From Centroscyllium fabricii (Eukaryota), in contig JBNRSN020000034.1 in the NCBI GenBank assembly GCA_051313645.2, positions 23,808,001 through 23,872,000 on the forward strand: 64,000 nt of DNA. Reading direction: 5' to 3'. A program made the translations under genes and the position numbers. This document shows positions 39,325 through 52,208 of the stretch, in pieces; the first letter of the stretch is position 1, and every line of letters begins with the position of its first letter. The notes beneath the pieces are model-generated. The model had not been told where the DNA came from and searched no databases. It was given only the letters and a program-made list of their open reading frames with translations.

Positions 39325-39601
39325 TGACGTATCGTCAATTTGTCTTAATAAAAGACTAGACGAGTAGTTACCGTAACTATAGGCTTTTATTAACTTACTT
39401 TGGAGCTACCCTCCGAACGAACATCAGAACAGAATGAGGGAGCCCCGGTCAGTCCTCACCTATAAAGGCCTCACCTGGGGGAGGAGTTAGAGGTGTGGCT
39501 GACCTGGCTCCACGACAGTGTTACAAAGCGGTGTATCATACAAAGCCAATGTTGGCGACAATATTACAGTGGTAATCGTATATACAATATGGGTTACCAC
39601 A
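39325..39601 (-). repeat. 5' LTR
   Basis: 277 bp; differs from the other LTR at 2 positions by my comparison. TATA-like TTTATAG and AATAAA on the minus strand. Confidence 0.97.
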
Positions 39602-39877
39602 GTGGGATAGAGTGGAATGAGATGGGATGAGATGATATGGCATGGTATGATGTGGCACGGTGATGGATGGGATGGGATAGGGCGAGCTGGGATGGGCTGG
39701 AATGGGATGGCATGTGTGTGGTGGGATTGGGTAAGATGAGATGGGATGGGGTGGGATGGTCTGGGGTGTGATGGATGAGATGAGATAGGATGGTATGGCA
39801 TGCGGCAGGGTGGGTTGGGTGAGATGAGATGGAGCGGGATGACAGGGGATGGGGTGGGATGGAGTGGCCTTGGTGGG

Positions 39878-40443
39878 ACCACATCTTGAATATTGTGTGC
39901 AGTTTTGGTCGCCTTATCTGAGGAAGGATGTTCTTGTAATAAAGGAGTTCAGTGAAAATTCACCAGGCTGGTATCTGGGATGGCAGGAATGACGTATGAG
40001 GGGAGGTTGGGTCGATTGGGCTTATACTCGCTGGAGTTTAGAAGAATGAGAGGGGATCTCATTGAAACTTATAAAATTCTGACAGGACTGGACAGACTAG
40101 ATGCAGGAAGAATGTTCCTGATGGCCGGAGAGTCCAGAAGCAGGGGTCACAGTCTAAGGATAAGGGGAAAGCCATTTAGGACAGAGATGAGGAGGAATTT
40201 CTTCACCCAGAGAGTGGTGAACCTGTAGAATTCTCTACCACACAGGGCAATAGAGACCAATTCATTAAATATATTCAAGAAGGAGTTGGATATATTTCTT
40301 AAGGCTAAAGGGATCAAGGGATATGGGGAAAAAGCAGGGACATGGTACTGAATTTGGATGATCAGCCATGATCGCATTGAATGGCGGAGCAGGCTCGAGG
40401 GGCCGAATGGCCCACTCCTACTCCTATCTTCTATGTTTCTATG
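39878..40443 (+). mobile_element. CR1 LINE 3' fragment inside a GGATG-rich tract
   Basis: GMAGMTYEGRLGRLGLYSLEFRRMRGDLIETYKIL...; TTCTATG tail. Confidence 0.9.
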
Positions 40444-41040
40444 AATGGTATGACATGGATAGGGTGGGATGGGTAAGGATATAGGGTGCTATGGCATGGG
40501 GTGGGGTGGGATGGGATGGAGTAGGATGGGATGGGCTGGAATGGTATGATGTGGATGAGGTGGGATGGGGAAGGAGATAGGGTGCTATAGCATGGGGTGG
40601 GGTGGGGTGGGATGGGCTGGAATGGTATGACATGGATGGGCTGAGATGGGGAAGGAGATAGGGTGCTATGGCATGGGTTGAAGTGGGATGGGATGGGATG
40701 GAGCAGGGTAGGATGGGCTGGAATGGTATGACATGGATGGGGTGGGATGGGGAAGGAGATAGGGTGCTATGGCATGGGGCGGGGTGGGATGGGATGGGAT
40801 GGTATGACATGGATGGGCTGGGATGGGGAAGGAGATAGGGTGCTATGGCATGGGGCGGGGTGGGATGGGATGGGATGGGATGGTATGACATGGGTGGGGT
40901 GAGATGAGTAAGGCGATAGGGTGCTATGGCATGGGGTGGGTGGGATGGGATGGAGTGGGGTGGGATGGGCTGGAATGGTATGACATGGATGGGGAAGGAG
41001 ATAGGATGCTATGGCATGGGGTGGGATAGGATGGAGTGGT
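40444..41040. repeat. (GGATG/GGGAT)-rich degenerate satellite with about 55-70 bp higher-order units; also at 34655-34725 and 39602-39877
   Basis: Visible pentamer-based repeats with recurring gaaggagatagggtgctatggcatggg. Confidence 0.9.
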
Positions 41041-42201
41041 GAACTGCAGAGCAACAGGGGCGAAAGTTGACAGCTGCAGCTCCCCAAACTACATCTGGAC
41101 CCAATCGGAAGGATCAGCTGTGTAAATATTCGCCATTCTATTTTAATAAGGTGGGGATCCTTTCTTTTAAATTACCAAATGTAAAGCTAATTGTTGTACT
41201 TGATATTAATGGTTTTAGACGCACTCACATCACGCAATAATGCTTTAATTATTCAATAGGATTGAACAAATCGGCACCTGGACCAAATTAAACTGGATAC
41301 GTAATATGAGGTAAGGGTCCCTGGAGACCTCACAATACTCATGCCGAGGAATATTTGTCATTTTTCTCCCAGCTTTCTCCCCCCTCTGATTCAGATGCTG
41401 ATTCTTGCGGAGGTGCAGTTCCATCTCTGCTGCCTCACCCTCTGGACATTCTCCACGCATGAGCAGGGCGATTAGTATCAAAAGCTGTTCAATCATGGGG
41501 GCATCACAGCCAAGCACAGTTCTGCTTCTACCTGACCTCCACGCATGCAAGCTTTCCAGCAGGGTTAATTGGATAGCTATCAAGAGCGCTATCTCTGGCT
41601 GAGATCAGTGAACTCGGCACAGACTGAGCATGGAGACTCGGACCTTCTGACCTTCGCACTGGGCAGTGTATTGATGGATATTTGTCATTAAGCAGGACCT
41701 CCAAACTCAGCTGGGCCAAGCTGGCTCAGTGTAAGTTCATGGTATGGGTGTTTGTGCGGCACTTTCTGCCCTGAATGTGTGGAGATTTTAACCCTCAACA
41801 AACTAAAAGCTGTATGCTGCCATTAGACACTTATTCCGCCACACTGCATCAAGCCGGCTCCATACACAGCTTCAATACTCGAGCAAACACTCCTGGGTCA
41901 TCGAAAACACATTGTACGTCATTTTATGTGGCTTCAATAAAGGCTCAATTGTTATAACCAATATTACAACAAAATATCCATTAGAAATAAAGCACTGCAG
42001 TCATCTGTGAACCTGGTGCCGTTGTCAATAGCCCCCCTCAAGTGGACATTGTCAAGGATCTCATTATCATAGCAACAGAGCTTCAACTGGACCGAGTCTG
42101 TTCCCGCAGTGACTGGGCATCGCCGGGTCAGTCTGGAAGAGCTTTTGGGATAAAGGGGTGGAGGTGATGGCGTGGTTCTCCTGCCAAGTAACTAACAACC
42201 T

Positions 42202-45115
42202 AACCTGAGACAGCCCCATGAACCTGAGACAGACCAATGAACCTGAGGCAGACCCATGGACATGAGGCAGACCATGAACCTGAGGCAGACCCATGAACCT
42301 AAGGCAGACCATGAACCTGAGGTGGAACCATGAACCTGAGGCAGACCCATGAACCTGAGGCAGACCATGAACCTGAGGCAGACCCATGTACCTGAGGCAG
42401 ACCATGTACCTGAGGCAGACCATAAACCTGAGGCAGACCCATGTACCTGATGCAGACCCATGTACCTGAGGCAGACCACGAACCTGAGGCAGACCCATGA
42501 ACCTGAGGCAGACCATGAACCTGAGGCAGACCCATTTACCTGAGGCAGACCATGTACCTTAGGCAGACCATGAACCTGAGGCAGACCCATGTACCTGAGG
42601 CAGACCATGTACCTGAGGCAGACCATGAACCTGAGGCAGGCCCATGTACCTGAGACAGACCCATGAACCTGAGGCAGACCATGAACCTGATGCAGACCCA
42701 TGAACCTGAGGCAGACCATGAACCTGAGGCAGACCATGAACCTGAGGCCAACCCACGAACCTGAGGCAGACCATGAACCTGAAGCAGACCATGTACCTGA
42801 GGCAGACCACGAACTTGAGGCAGACCATGAACCTGAGGCAGACACATGAACCTGAGGCAGACCATGAACCTGAGGCAGACCACAAACTTGAGGCAGACCA
42901 TGAACCTGAGGCAGACCCATGAACCTGAGGCAGACCATGAACCTGAGGCAGACCATGAACCTGAGGCAGACCCATGTACCTGAGGCAGACCATGTACCTG
43001 AGGCAGACCATGTACCTTAGGCAGACCATGAACTTGAGGCAGACCCATGTACCTGAGGCAGACCATGTACCTGAGGCAGACCATAAACCTGAGGCAGACC
43101 CATGTTCCTGAGGCAGACCCATGAACCTGAGGCAGACCCATGAACCTGAGGCAGACCACGAACCTGAGGCAGACCATGAACCTGAGGCAGACCATGAACT
43201 TGAGGCAGACCCATTTACCTGAGGCAGACCATGAACCTGAGGCAGACCCATGTACCTGAGGCAGACCATGTACCTTAGGCAGACCATGAACCTGAGGCAG
43301 ACCATGAACTTGAGGCAGACCCATGTCCCTGAGGCAGACCATGTACCTTAGGCAGACCATGAACCTGAGGCAGGCCCATGTACCTGAGACAGACCCATGA
43401 ACCTGAGGCAGACCCATGAACCTGAGGCAGGCCCATTTACCTGAGACAGACCCATGTACCTGAGACAGACCCATGAACCTGAGGCAGACCCATGAACCTG
43501 AGGTAGACCATGAACCTGAGGCAGACCATGAACCTGAGGCAGACCCATGAACCTGAGGCAGATCCATGAACCTGAGGTAGACCCATGTACCTGAGGCAGA
43601 CCATGAACCTGAGGCAGGATGTAACCGATAAAATAGATAGGGGAGAGCCAGTAGATGTGGTTTATCTGGACTTCCAGAAAGCCTTTGACAAGGTCCCTCA
43701 TAGGAGATTGGCAGGCAAAATTAAGGCTCATGGGATTGGGGGCAAGGTATTGGCGTGGATAGAGAACTGGTTGGCAGATAGAAAACAGAGAGTTGGGATA
43801 AACGGGTCGTTTTCTGATTGGCGGGCAGTGACTAGTGGGGTACCACAGGGGTCGGTACTGGGACCCCAGCTGTTCACAATATATATTAATGACCTGGATG
43901 AGGGAATTGGATGTTACATCTCCAAATTCGCAGATGACACTAAGCTTGGAGGGGGAGTATGCTCTGAGGAGGATGTCGGGAAGCTCCAGAGCGACCTGGA
44001 CAAATTGGGGGATTGGGCGAACACATGGCAAATGCACTATAATGTGGATAAATGTGAGGTTATCCACTTTGGTAGCAAAAACAGAAAGGCAGATTATTAT
44101 TTGAACGGCAATAGATTGGGAGATGGGGAAGTGCAAACAGATCTGGGTGTTCTTGTGCACCAGTCACTGAAGGTGAGCATGCAGGTGCAGCAGGCGGTTA
44201 AAAAGGCAAATGGTATGTTGGCCTTTATATCAAGAGGGTTTGAGTATAGGAATAGGGATGTCTTGCTGCAGCTGTACAGGGTCTTGGTGAGGCCACACCT
44301 TGAGTATTGTGTGCAATTTTGGTCGCCTCATCTGAGGAAGGATGTTCTTGCCATGGAGGGAGTACAGCGACGATTCACCAGGCTGATACCTGGGATGGCA
44401 GGAATGACTTATGAGGAGAGATTGTGTAGTCTGGGCTTATACTCGCTGGAGTTTAGAAGATTAAGAGGGGATCTCATCGAGACTTATAAAATTCTGTCAG
44501 GCTTGGACAGGTTAGATGCAGAAAGGATGTTTCCGATGGCCGGGGAGTCGAGAACCAGGGGGCATAGTCTAAGGATAAGGGGTAAGCCTTTTAGGACTGA
44601 GATGAGGAGGAAATTCTTCACACAGAGAGTGGTGAACCTGTGGAATTCCTTGCCACAGAGGGCGGTGGAGGCCGGTTCATTGAATATATTCCAAGAGGGA
44701 ACTGGATATATTTCTTCAGGCTAAAGGGATTAAGGGATATGGGGAGAAGGCAGGGACTGGGTACTGAACGTGTAAGATCAGCCATGATCCCATTGAATGG
44801 CGGAGCAGGCTCGAAGGGCCGAATGGCCTACTCCTGCTCCTATCTTCTATGATTCTATGATTCTATGACCCATGAACCTGAGGCAGACCATGAACCTGAG
44901 GCAGACCATGAACCTGAGGCCGACCCACGAACCTGAGGCAGACCATGAACCTGAAGCAGACCATGAACCTGAGGCAGACCACGAACTTGAGGCAGACCAT
45001 GAACCTGAGGCAGACGCATGAACCTGAGGCAGACCATGAACCTGAGGCAGACCATGAACCTGAGGCAGACCCACGAACCTGAAGCAGACCATGAACCCGA
45101 GGCAGACCCATGAAC
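42202..45115. repeat. 19/20-bp minisatellite (catgaacctgaggcagac[c])n, interrupted by CR1
   Basis: Arrays at 42202-43617 and 44866-45115. Confidence 0.97.
43618..44866 (+). mobile_element. Young 5'-truncated CR1 LINE (RT domain)
   Basis: About 1.07 kb open frame: VDVVYLDFQKAFDKVPH, SGVPQGSVLGPQLF, KFADDTKL. One late frameshift; (GATTCTAT)n tail. Confidence 0.95.
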
Positions 45116-45525
45116 TTGCGGCTGCATCAAATGGCCTGTCTTGCCCGATCTCACGGTGAGGACCCGCAGCGAACTCACAGAGCGGTGGCTAAGGGCAAAT
45201 CTCATTGGGGCATGAGGGCACTCTCCTCACAGCAAATCATTTCTAAATACGTTATAGCCTGATTACTACAGCAACAGGGCTTTAACTGGACGTTGTCAGT
45301 AAACATGTGATGAGAGCAACTTAACGACCATCAACTTTGACACAACTTCCATAAGACACAAACTTCTTAAAGTGGCAGTATCTCCGTGCGGTAGAAACCC
45401 CCACCTCCTCCTCCCCAACCCTTCAGGAAAGCTGGGAAGTGCGCCAAGGACAGGAATGGAGTTGATTGCGACCCCTTTCCATGTTTCAACACTCCCAGCC
45501 CAAGCTCCAAAATGGAGAGTGGCCA

Positions 45526-48500
45526 CCCCAGCAAGGGTTAGTGCCTTCCCCATCGAGAGTTAGTGTCTTCCCCAGCAAGAGTTAGTGTCTTCCCCAGCAA
45601 GAGTTAGTGTCTTCCCCATCGAGAGTTAGTGTCTTCCCCAGCAAGAGTTAGTGTCTTCCCCAGCAAGAGTTAGTGTCTTCCCCAGCAAGAGTTAGTGCCT
45701 TCCCCATCGAGAGTTAGTGTCTTCCCAAGCAAGAGTTAGTGTCTTCCCCAGCAAGAGTTAGTGTCTTCCCCAGCAAGAGTTAGTGTCTTCCCCAGCAAGA
45801 GTTAATGTCTTCCCCAGCAAGAGTTAGTGTCTTCCCCAGCAAGAGTTAGTGTCTTCCCCAGCAAGAGTTAGTGTCTTCCCCAGCAAGGGTTAGTGTCTTC
45901 CCCAGCAAGAGTTAGTGTCTTCCCCAGCAAGAGTTAGTGTCTTCCCCAGCAAGAGTTAATGTCTTCCCCAGCAAGAGTTAGTGTCTTCCCCAGCAAGAGT
46001 TAGTGCCTTCCCCAGCAAGAGTTAGTGTCTTCCCCAGCAAGAGTTAGTGTCTTTCCCAGCAAGAGTTAGTGTCTTCCGCAGCAAGAGTTAGTGTCTTCCC
46101 CAGCAAGAGTTAGTGTCTTCCCGATCGAGAGTTCGTGTCTTCCCCAGCGAGAGTTAGTGTCTTCCCAGCAAGAGTTAATGTCTTCCCCAGCAAGAGTTAG
46201 TGTCTTCCCCAGCAAGAGTTAATGTCTTCCCCAGCAAGAGTTAGTGTCTTCCCAGCAAGAGTTAATGTCTTCCCCAGCAAGAGTTCGTGTCTTCCCAGCA
46301 AGAGTTAGTGCCTTTCCCAGCAAGAGTTAGTGTCTTCCCAGCAAGAGTTAGTGTCTTCCCCAGCAAGAGTTAGTGTCTTCCCCAGCAAGAGTTAGTGTCT
46401 TCCCAGCAAGAGTTAATGTCTTCCCCAGCAAGAGTTAGTGTCTTCCCCAGCAAGAGTTAGTGTCTTCCCCAGCAAGAGTTAGTGTCTTCCCCAGCAAGAG
46501 TTAGTGTCTTCCCAGCAAGAGTTAGTGTCTTCCCCATCGAGAGTTAGTGTCTTCCCCAGCAAGAGTTAGTGTCGTCCCAGCAAGATTTAATGTCTTCCCC
46601 AGCAAGAGTTAATGTCTTCCCCAGCAAGAGTTAGTGTCTTCCCCATCGAGAGTTAGTGTCTTCCCCATCGAGAGTTAGTGTCTTCCCAGCAAGAGTTAGT
46701 GTCTTCCCCAGCAAGAGTTAGTGTCTTCCCAGCAAGAGTTAGTGTCTTCCCAGCAAGAGTTAGTGCCTTCCCAGCAAGAGTTAGTGTCTTCCCAACAAGA
46801 GTTTGTGTCTTCCCAGCAAGAGTTAGTGTCTTCCCAGCAAGAGTTAGTGTCTTCCCAGCAAGAGTTAGTGTCTTCCCAGCAAGAGTTAGTGTCTTCCCAG
46901 CAAGAGTTAGTGTCTTCCCAACAAGAGTTAGTGTCTTCCCAGCAAGAGTTAGTGTCTTCCCAGCAAGAGTTAGTGTCTTCCCAGCAAGAGTTAGTGTCTT
47001 CCCCATCGAGAGTTAGTGTCTTCCCAACAAGAGTTAGTGTCTTCCCCAGCAAGAGTTAGTGTCTTCCCCATCGAGAGTTAGTGTCTTCCCAGCAAGAGTT
47101 AGTGTCTTCCCCATCGAGAGTTAGTGTCTTCCCAACAAGAGTTAGTGTCTTCCCCAGCAAGAGTTAGTGTCTTCCCCATCGAGAGTTAGTGTCTTCCCAA
47201 CAAGAGTTAGTGTCTTCCCCAGCAAGAGTTAGTGTCTTCCCAGCAAGAGTTAGTGTCTTCCCCATCGAGAGTTAGTGTCTTCCCAGCAAGAGTTAGTGTC
47301 TTCCACAGCAAGAGTTAGTGTCTTCCCAGCAAGAGTTAGTGTCTTCCCAGCAAGAGTTAGTGTCTTCCCCATCGAGAGTTAGTGTCTTCCCAGCAAGAGT
47401 TAGTGTCTTCCCCAGCAAGAGTTAGTGTCTTCCCAGTAAGAGTTAGTGTCTTCCCAGCAAGAGTTAGTGTCTTCCCAGCAAGAGTTAGTGTCTTCCCAGC
47501 AAGAGTTAGTGTCTTCCCAACAAGAGTTAGTGTCTTCCCAACAAGAGTTAGTGTCTTCCCAGCAAGAGTTAGTGTCTTCCCAGCAAGAGTTAGTGTCTTC
47601 CCAACAAGAGTTAGTGTCTTCCCAACAAGAGTTAGTGTCTTCCCCAACAAGAGTTAGTGTCTTCCCCAACAAGAGTTAGTGTCTTCCCCATCGAGAGTTA
47701 GTGTCTTCCCAGCAAGAGTTAGTGTCTTCCCAGCAAGAGTTCGTGTCTTCCCCATCGAGAGTTAGTGTCTTCCCCAGCAAGAGTTAGTGTCTTCCCCAGC
47801 AAGAGTTAGTGTCTTCCCCATCGAGAGTTAGTGTCTTCCCAGCAAGAGTTAATGTCTTCCCCAGCAAGAGTTAGTGTCTTCCCCATCGAGAGTTAGTGTC
47901 TTCCCCAGCAAGAGTTAGTGTCTTCCCCAGCAAGCGTTAGTGTCTTCCCCAACAAGAGTTAGTGCCTTCCCCAGCAAGAGTTAGTGTCTTCCCCAGCAAG
48001 AGTTAGTGTCTTCCCCAACAAGAGTTAGTGCCTTCCCCAGCAAGAGTTAGTGTCTTCCCCAGCAAGAGTTAGTGTCTTCCCAGCAAGAGTTAATGTCTTC
48101 CCCAGCAAGAGTTAATGTCTTCCCCAGCAAGAGTTAGTGTCTTCCCCATCGAGAGTTAGTGTCTTCCCCATCGAGAGTTAGTGTTTTCCCAGCAAGAGTT
48201 AGTGTCTTCCCCAGCAAGAGTTAGTGTCTTCCCAGCAAGAGTTAGTGTCTTCCCAGCAAGAGTTAGTGTCTTCCCAGCAAGAGTTAGTGTCTTCCCAGCA
48301 AGAGTTAGTGTCTTCCCAACAAGTGTTTGTGTCTTCCCCAGCAAGAGTTAGTGTCTTCCCAGCAAGAGTTAGTGTCTTCCCAACAAGAGTTAGTGTCTTC
48401 CCAGCAAGAGTTAGTGTCTTCCCAGCAAGAGTTAGTGTCTTCCCAGCAAGAGTTAGTGTCTTCCCCATCAAGAGTTAGTGTCTTCCCAACAAGAGTTAGT

Positions 48501-51275
48501 GTCTTCCCCAGCAAGAGTTAGTGTCTTCCCCATCGAGAGTTAGTGTCTTCCCCAGCAAGAGTTAGTGTCTTCCCCATCGAGAGTTAGTGTCTTCCCAACA
48601 AGAGTTAGTGTCTTCCCCAGCAAGAGTTAGTGTCTTCCCAGCAAGAGTTACTGTCTTCCCCATCGAGAGTTAGTGTCTTCCCAGCAAGAGTTAGTGTCTT
48701 CCCCAGCAAGAGTTAGTGTCTTCCCCAGCAAGAGTTAGTGTCTTCCCAGCAAGAGTTAGTGTCTTCCCAGCAAGAGTTAGTGTCTTCCCAGCAAGAGTTA
48801 GTATCTTCCCAGCAAGAGTTAGTGTCTTCCCAACAAGAGTTAGTGTCTTCCCAACAAGAGTTAGTGTCTTCCCAACAAGAGTTAGTGTCTTCCCAGCAAG
48901 AGTTAGTGTCTTCCCAGCAAGAGTTAGTGTCTTCCCAGCAAGAGTTAGTGTCTTCCCAGCAAGAGTTAGTGTCTTCCCAGCAAGAGTTAGTGTCTTCCCA
49001 GCAAGAGTTAGTGTCTTCCCAACAAGAGCTAGTGTCTTCCCAACAAGAGTTAGTGTCTTCCCCAACAAGAGTTAGTGTCTTCCCCAACAAGAGTTAGTGT
49101 CTTCCCCATCGAGAGTTAGTGTCTTCCCAGCAAGAGTTAGTGTCTTCCCAGCAAGAGTTCGTGTCTTCCCCATCGAGAGTTAGTGTCTTCCCCAGCAAGA
49201 GTTAGTGTCTTCCCCAGCAAGAGTTAGTGTCTTCCCCAGCAAGAGTTAGTGTCTTCCCCATCGAGAGTTAGTGTCTTCCCAGCAAGAGTTAATGTCTTCC
49301 CCAGCAAGAGTTAGTGCCTTCCCCATCGAGAATTAGTGTCTTCCCCAGCAAGAGTTAGTGTCTTCCCCAGCAAGCGTTAGTGTCTTCCCCAACAAGAGTT
49401 AGTGTCTTCCCCAGCAAGAGTTAGTGTCTTCCCCAGCAAGAGTTAGTGTCTTCCCCAACAAGAGTTAGTGCCTTCCCCAGCAAGAGTTAGTGTCTTCCCC
49501 AGCAAGCGTTAGTGTCTTCCCCAACAAGAGTTAGTGCCTTCCCCAGCAAGAGTTAGTGCCTTCCCCAGCAAGAGTTAGTGTCTTCCCCAACAAGAGTTAG
49601 TGCCTTCCCCAACAAGAGTTAGTGTCTTCCCCAACAAGAGTTAGTGCCTTTCCCAACAAGAGTTAGTGTCTTCCCCAACAAGAGTTAGTGCCTTCCCCAG
49701 CAAGAGTTAGTGTCTTCCCCAACAAGAGTTAGTGCCTTCCCCAGCAAGAGTTAGTGTCTTCCCCAGCAAGAGTTGGTGTCTTCCCCAACAAGAGTTAGTG
49801 CCTTTCCCAACAAGAGTTAGTGTCTTCCCCAGCAAGAGTTAGTGCCTTTCCCAACAAGAGTTAGTGTCTTCCCCATCAAGAGTTAGTGTCTTCCCCAGCA
49901 AGAGTTAGTGTCTTCCCCAGCAAGAGTTAGTGTCTTCCCCAACAAGAGTTAGTGTCTTCCCCATCGAGAGTTAGTGTCTTCCCAGCAAGAGTTCGTGTCT
50001 TCCCCATCGAGAGTTAGTGTCTTCCCCAACAAGAGTTAGTGCCTTTCCCAGCAAGAGTTAGTGTCTTCCCAGCAAGCGTTCGTGTCTTCCCCAACAAGAG
50101 TTAGTGTCTTCCCCAGCAAGAGTTAGTGTCTTCCCCAGCAAGAGTTCGTGTCTTCCCCAACAAGAGTTAGTGCCTTTCCCAGCAAGAGTTAGTGCGTTCC
50201 CCAGCAAGAGTTAGTGCCTTTCCCAGCAAGAGTTAGTGCCTTTCCCAACAAGAGTTTGTGTCTTCCCCAGCAAGGGTTAATGCCTTCCCCAGCAAGAGTT
50301 CGTGTCTTCCCAGCAAGAGTTAATGCCTTTCCCAACAAGAGTTAGTGTCTTTCCCAGCAAGAGTTAGTGTCTTTCCCAGGAAGAGTTAGTGTCTTCCCAG
50401 CAAGAGTTAATGCCTTTCCCAACAAGAGTTCGTGTCTTCCCAGCAAGAGTTAGTGTCTTTCCCAGGAAGAGTTAGTGTCTTTCCCAGCAAGAGTTAATGC
50501 CTTTCCCAACAAGAGTTCGTGTCTTCCCAGCAAGAGTTAGTGTCTTTCCCAGCAAGAGTTAGTGTCTTTCCCAGCAAGAGTTCGTGTCTTTCCCAGCAAG
50601 AGTTAGTGTCTTCCCCAGCAAGAGTTAGTGTCTTCCCAGCAAGAGTTCGTGTCTTTCCCAGCAAGAGTTAATGCCTTTCCCAACATGAGTTCGTGTCTTT
50701 CCCAGGAAGAGTTAGTGTCTTTCCCAGCAAGAGTTAATGCCTTTCCCAACAAGAGTTCGTGTCTTCCCAGCAAGAGTTAGTGTCTTTCCCAGCAAGAGTT
50801 AGTGTCTTTCCCAGCAAGAGTTCGTGTCTTTCCCAGCAAGAGTTAGTGTCTTCCCAGCAAGAGTTCGTGTCTTTCCCAGCAAGAGTTAGTGTCTTCCCAG
50901 CAAGAGTTCGTGTCTTTCCCAGCAAGAGTTAATGTCTTCCCCAACAAGAGTTCGTGTCTTTCCCAGCAAGAGTTAATGCCTTTCCCAACAAGAGTTCGTG
51001 TCTTCCCAGCAAGAGTTAGTGTCTTTCCCAGCAAGAGTTAGTGTCTTTCCCAGCAAGAGTTCGTGTCTTTCCCAGCAAGAGTTAATGTCTTCCCCAACAA
51101 GAGTTCGTGTCTTTCCCAGCAAGAGTTAATGTCTTCCCCAACAAGAGTTCGTGTCTTTCCCAGCAAGAGTTAATGTCTTCCCCAACAAGAGTTAGTGTCT
51201 TTCCCAGGAAGAGTTAATGTCTTCCCCAGCAAGAGTTAGTGTCTTTCCCAGGAAGAGTTCGTGTCTTTCCCAGCA
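45526..51275. repeat. About 5.7-kb 21/22-bp minisatellite (agcaagagttagtgtcttccc[c])n, roughly 265 units
   Basis: Directly visible tandem array. Confidence 0.98.
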
Positions 51276-52208
51276 GAGGAGAGAAAAGCAAGACTGCCCA
51301 CCTCTCCCCCGAAAAAAGCAAAAGAGCAAACAGCAAGTGGGCAACAAAATCTGTCGTGAACGCAAATCAATTCGTTTAAAAATACTGCAATCCACTTTCC
51401 GTAAAACACAAAGTAAGCAGCACGGCAGTTTTATCAAAGCCATTTATCTTTGTTTTCACTTTTTCCTTCAAATAAGTAACTTGATGCTCTAATGCCAATT
51501 TGTGAGGGGGATATTCCGAGTTTATAAAATATTAGACTGAAAGATGGAAAAAGTGAAGTGGAAAATTTCCGACACTAATCTTGGCCTAAGTAGAATCTTT
51601 TACAAGGCTTGAAATCATGCACAGATTATCCAGATGGTAGGAAGCGACTCCATCTGATAGGATTAGACCTTTGTGGCTCCCTCCGTTCCATCTGTTCTTC
51701 CCCCGAAGCCTGTATCTACCACAACCCAACAACCACAAATGTTGCTGCTGTCCCCACTGTACGCACATCATTACAGGCACGGCTTTATTTTAGCATTTTC
51801 TTTTTTTTTAAATACTTTGTACCTTACAATCTCAATATGCAACCGTGCCCTTTTAATCCCTTGAGTTTCCAACAGGAATTTCACAGGACTTTGATTTAAA
51901 TATCAATGTCGCATGTCTCACGTGTAACCTCCGTAATCACGGCAGGGCTTATTGTTGTATTTTCAAATGCACACATACGTTTGGGAATAAAGTTAAGGTT
52001 GGTGCGTGTATTAATAGAACTGTACGGTGCTCCCTTAAGAAATATGGGATTTACATTACAAGTAAGATATTTGTGAATCAGATACAAGCGCCCCTGAATC
52101 TTTGGGATTATCCCTCAGTTTTCCTTAATTGCCTTGTCTCCTTAACACAACCTGCGACTGAAACCGACCCCTCCCAACCCCAACACGGCCAGAGGTACAG
52201 AACACAGA

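Larger units (their letters stand above)
34726..39601 (-). mobile_element. Full-length Ty3/Gypsy LTR retrotransposon (Mag-like), 4876 bp
   Basis: Two 277-bp TG...CA LTRs, 5-bp TSD GTGGG (34721-34725 and 39602-39606), domain order gag-PR-RT-RNaseH-IN, no env. Confidence 0.97.

Noticed and set aside
42067-43617. VHGLPQ/MVCLRF ORFs and the ATG at 43585 that appears to start the RT ORF
   Set aside because: Minisatellite translations; the ATG is a chance in-frame fusion to a truncated CR1.
45526-51275. CRISPR-like regular array and WEDTNSC/GKTLTLA ORFs
   Set aside because: Contiguous units with no unique spacers, no cas genes, and a eukaryotic context.
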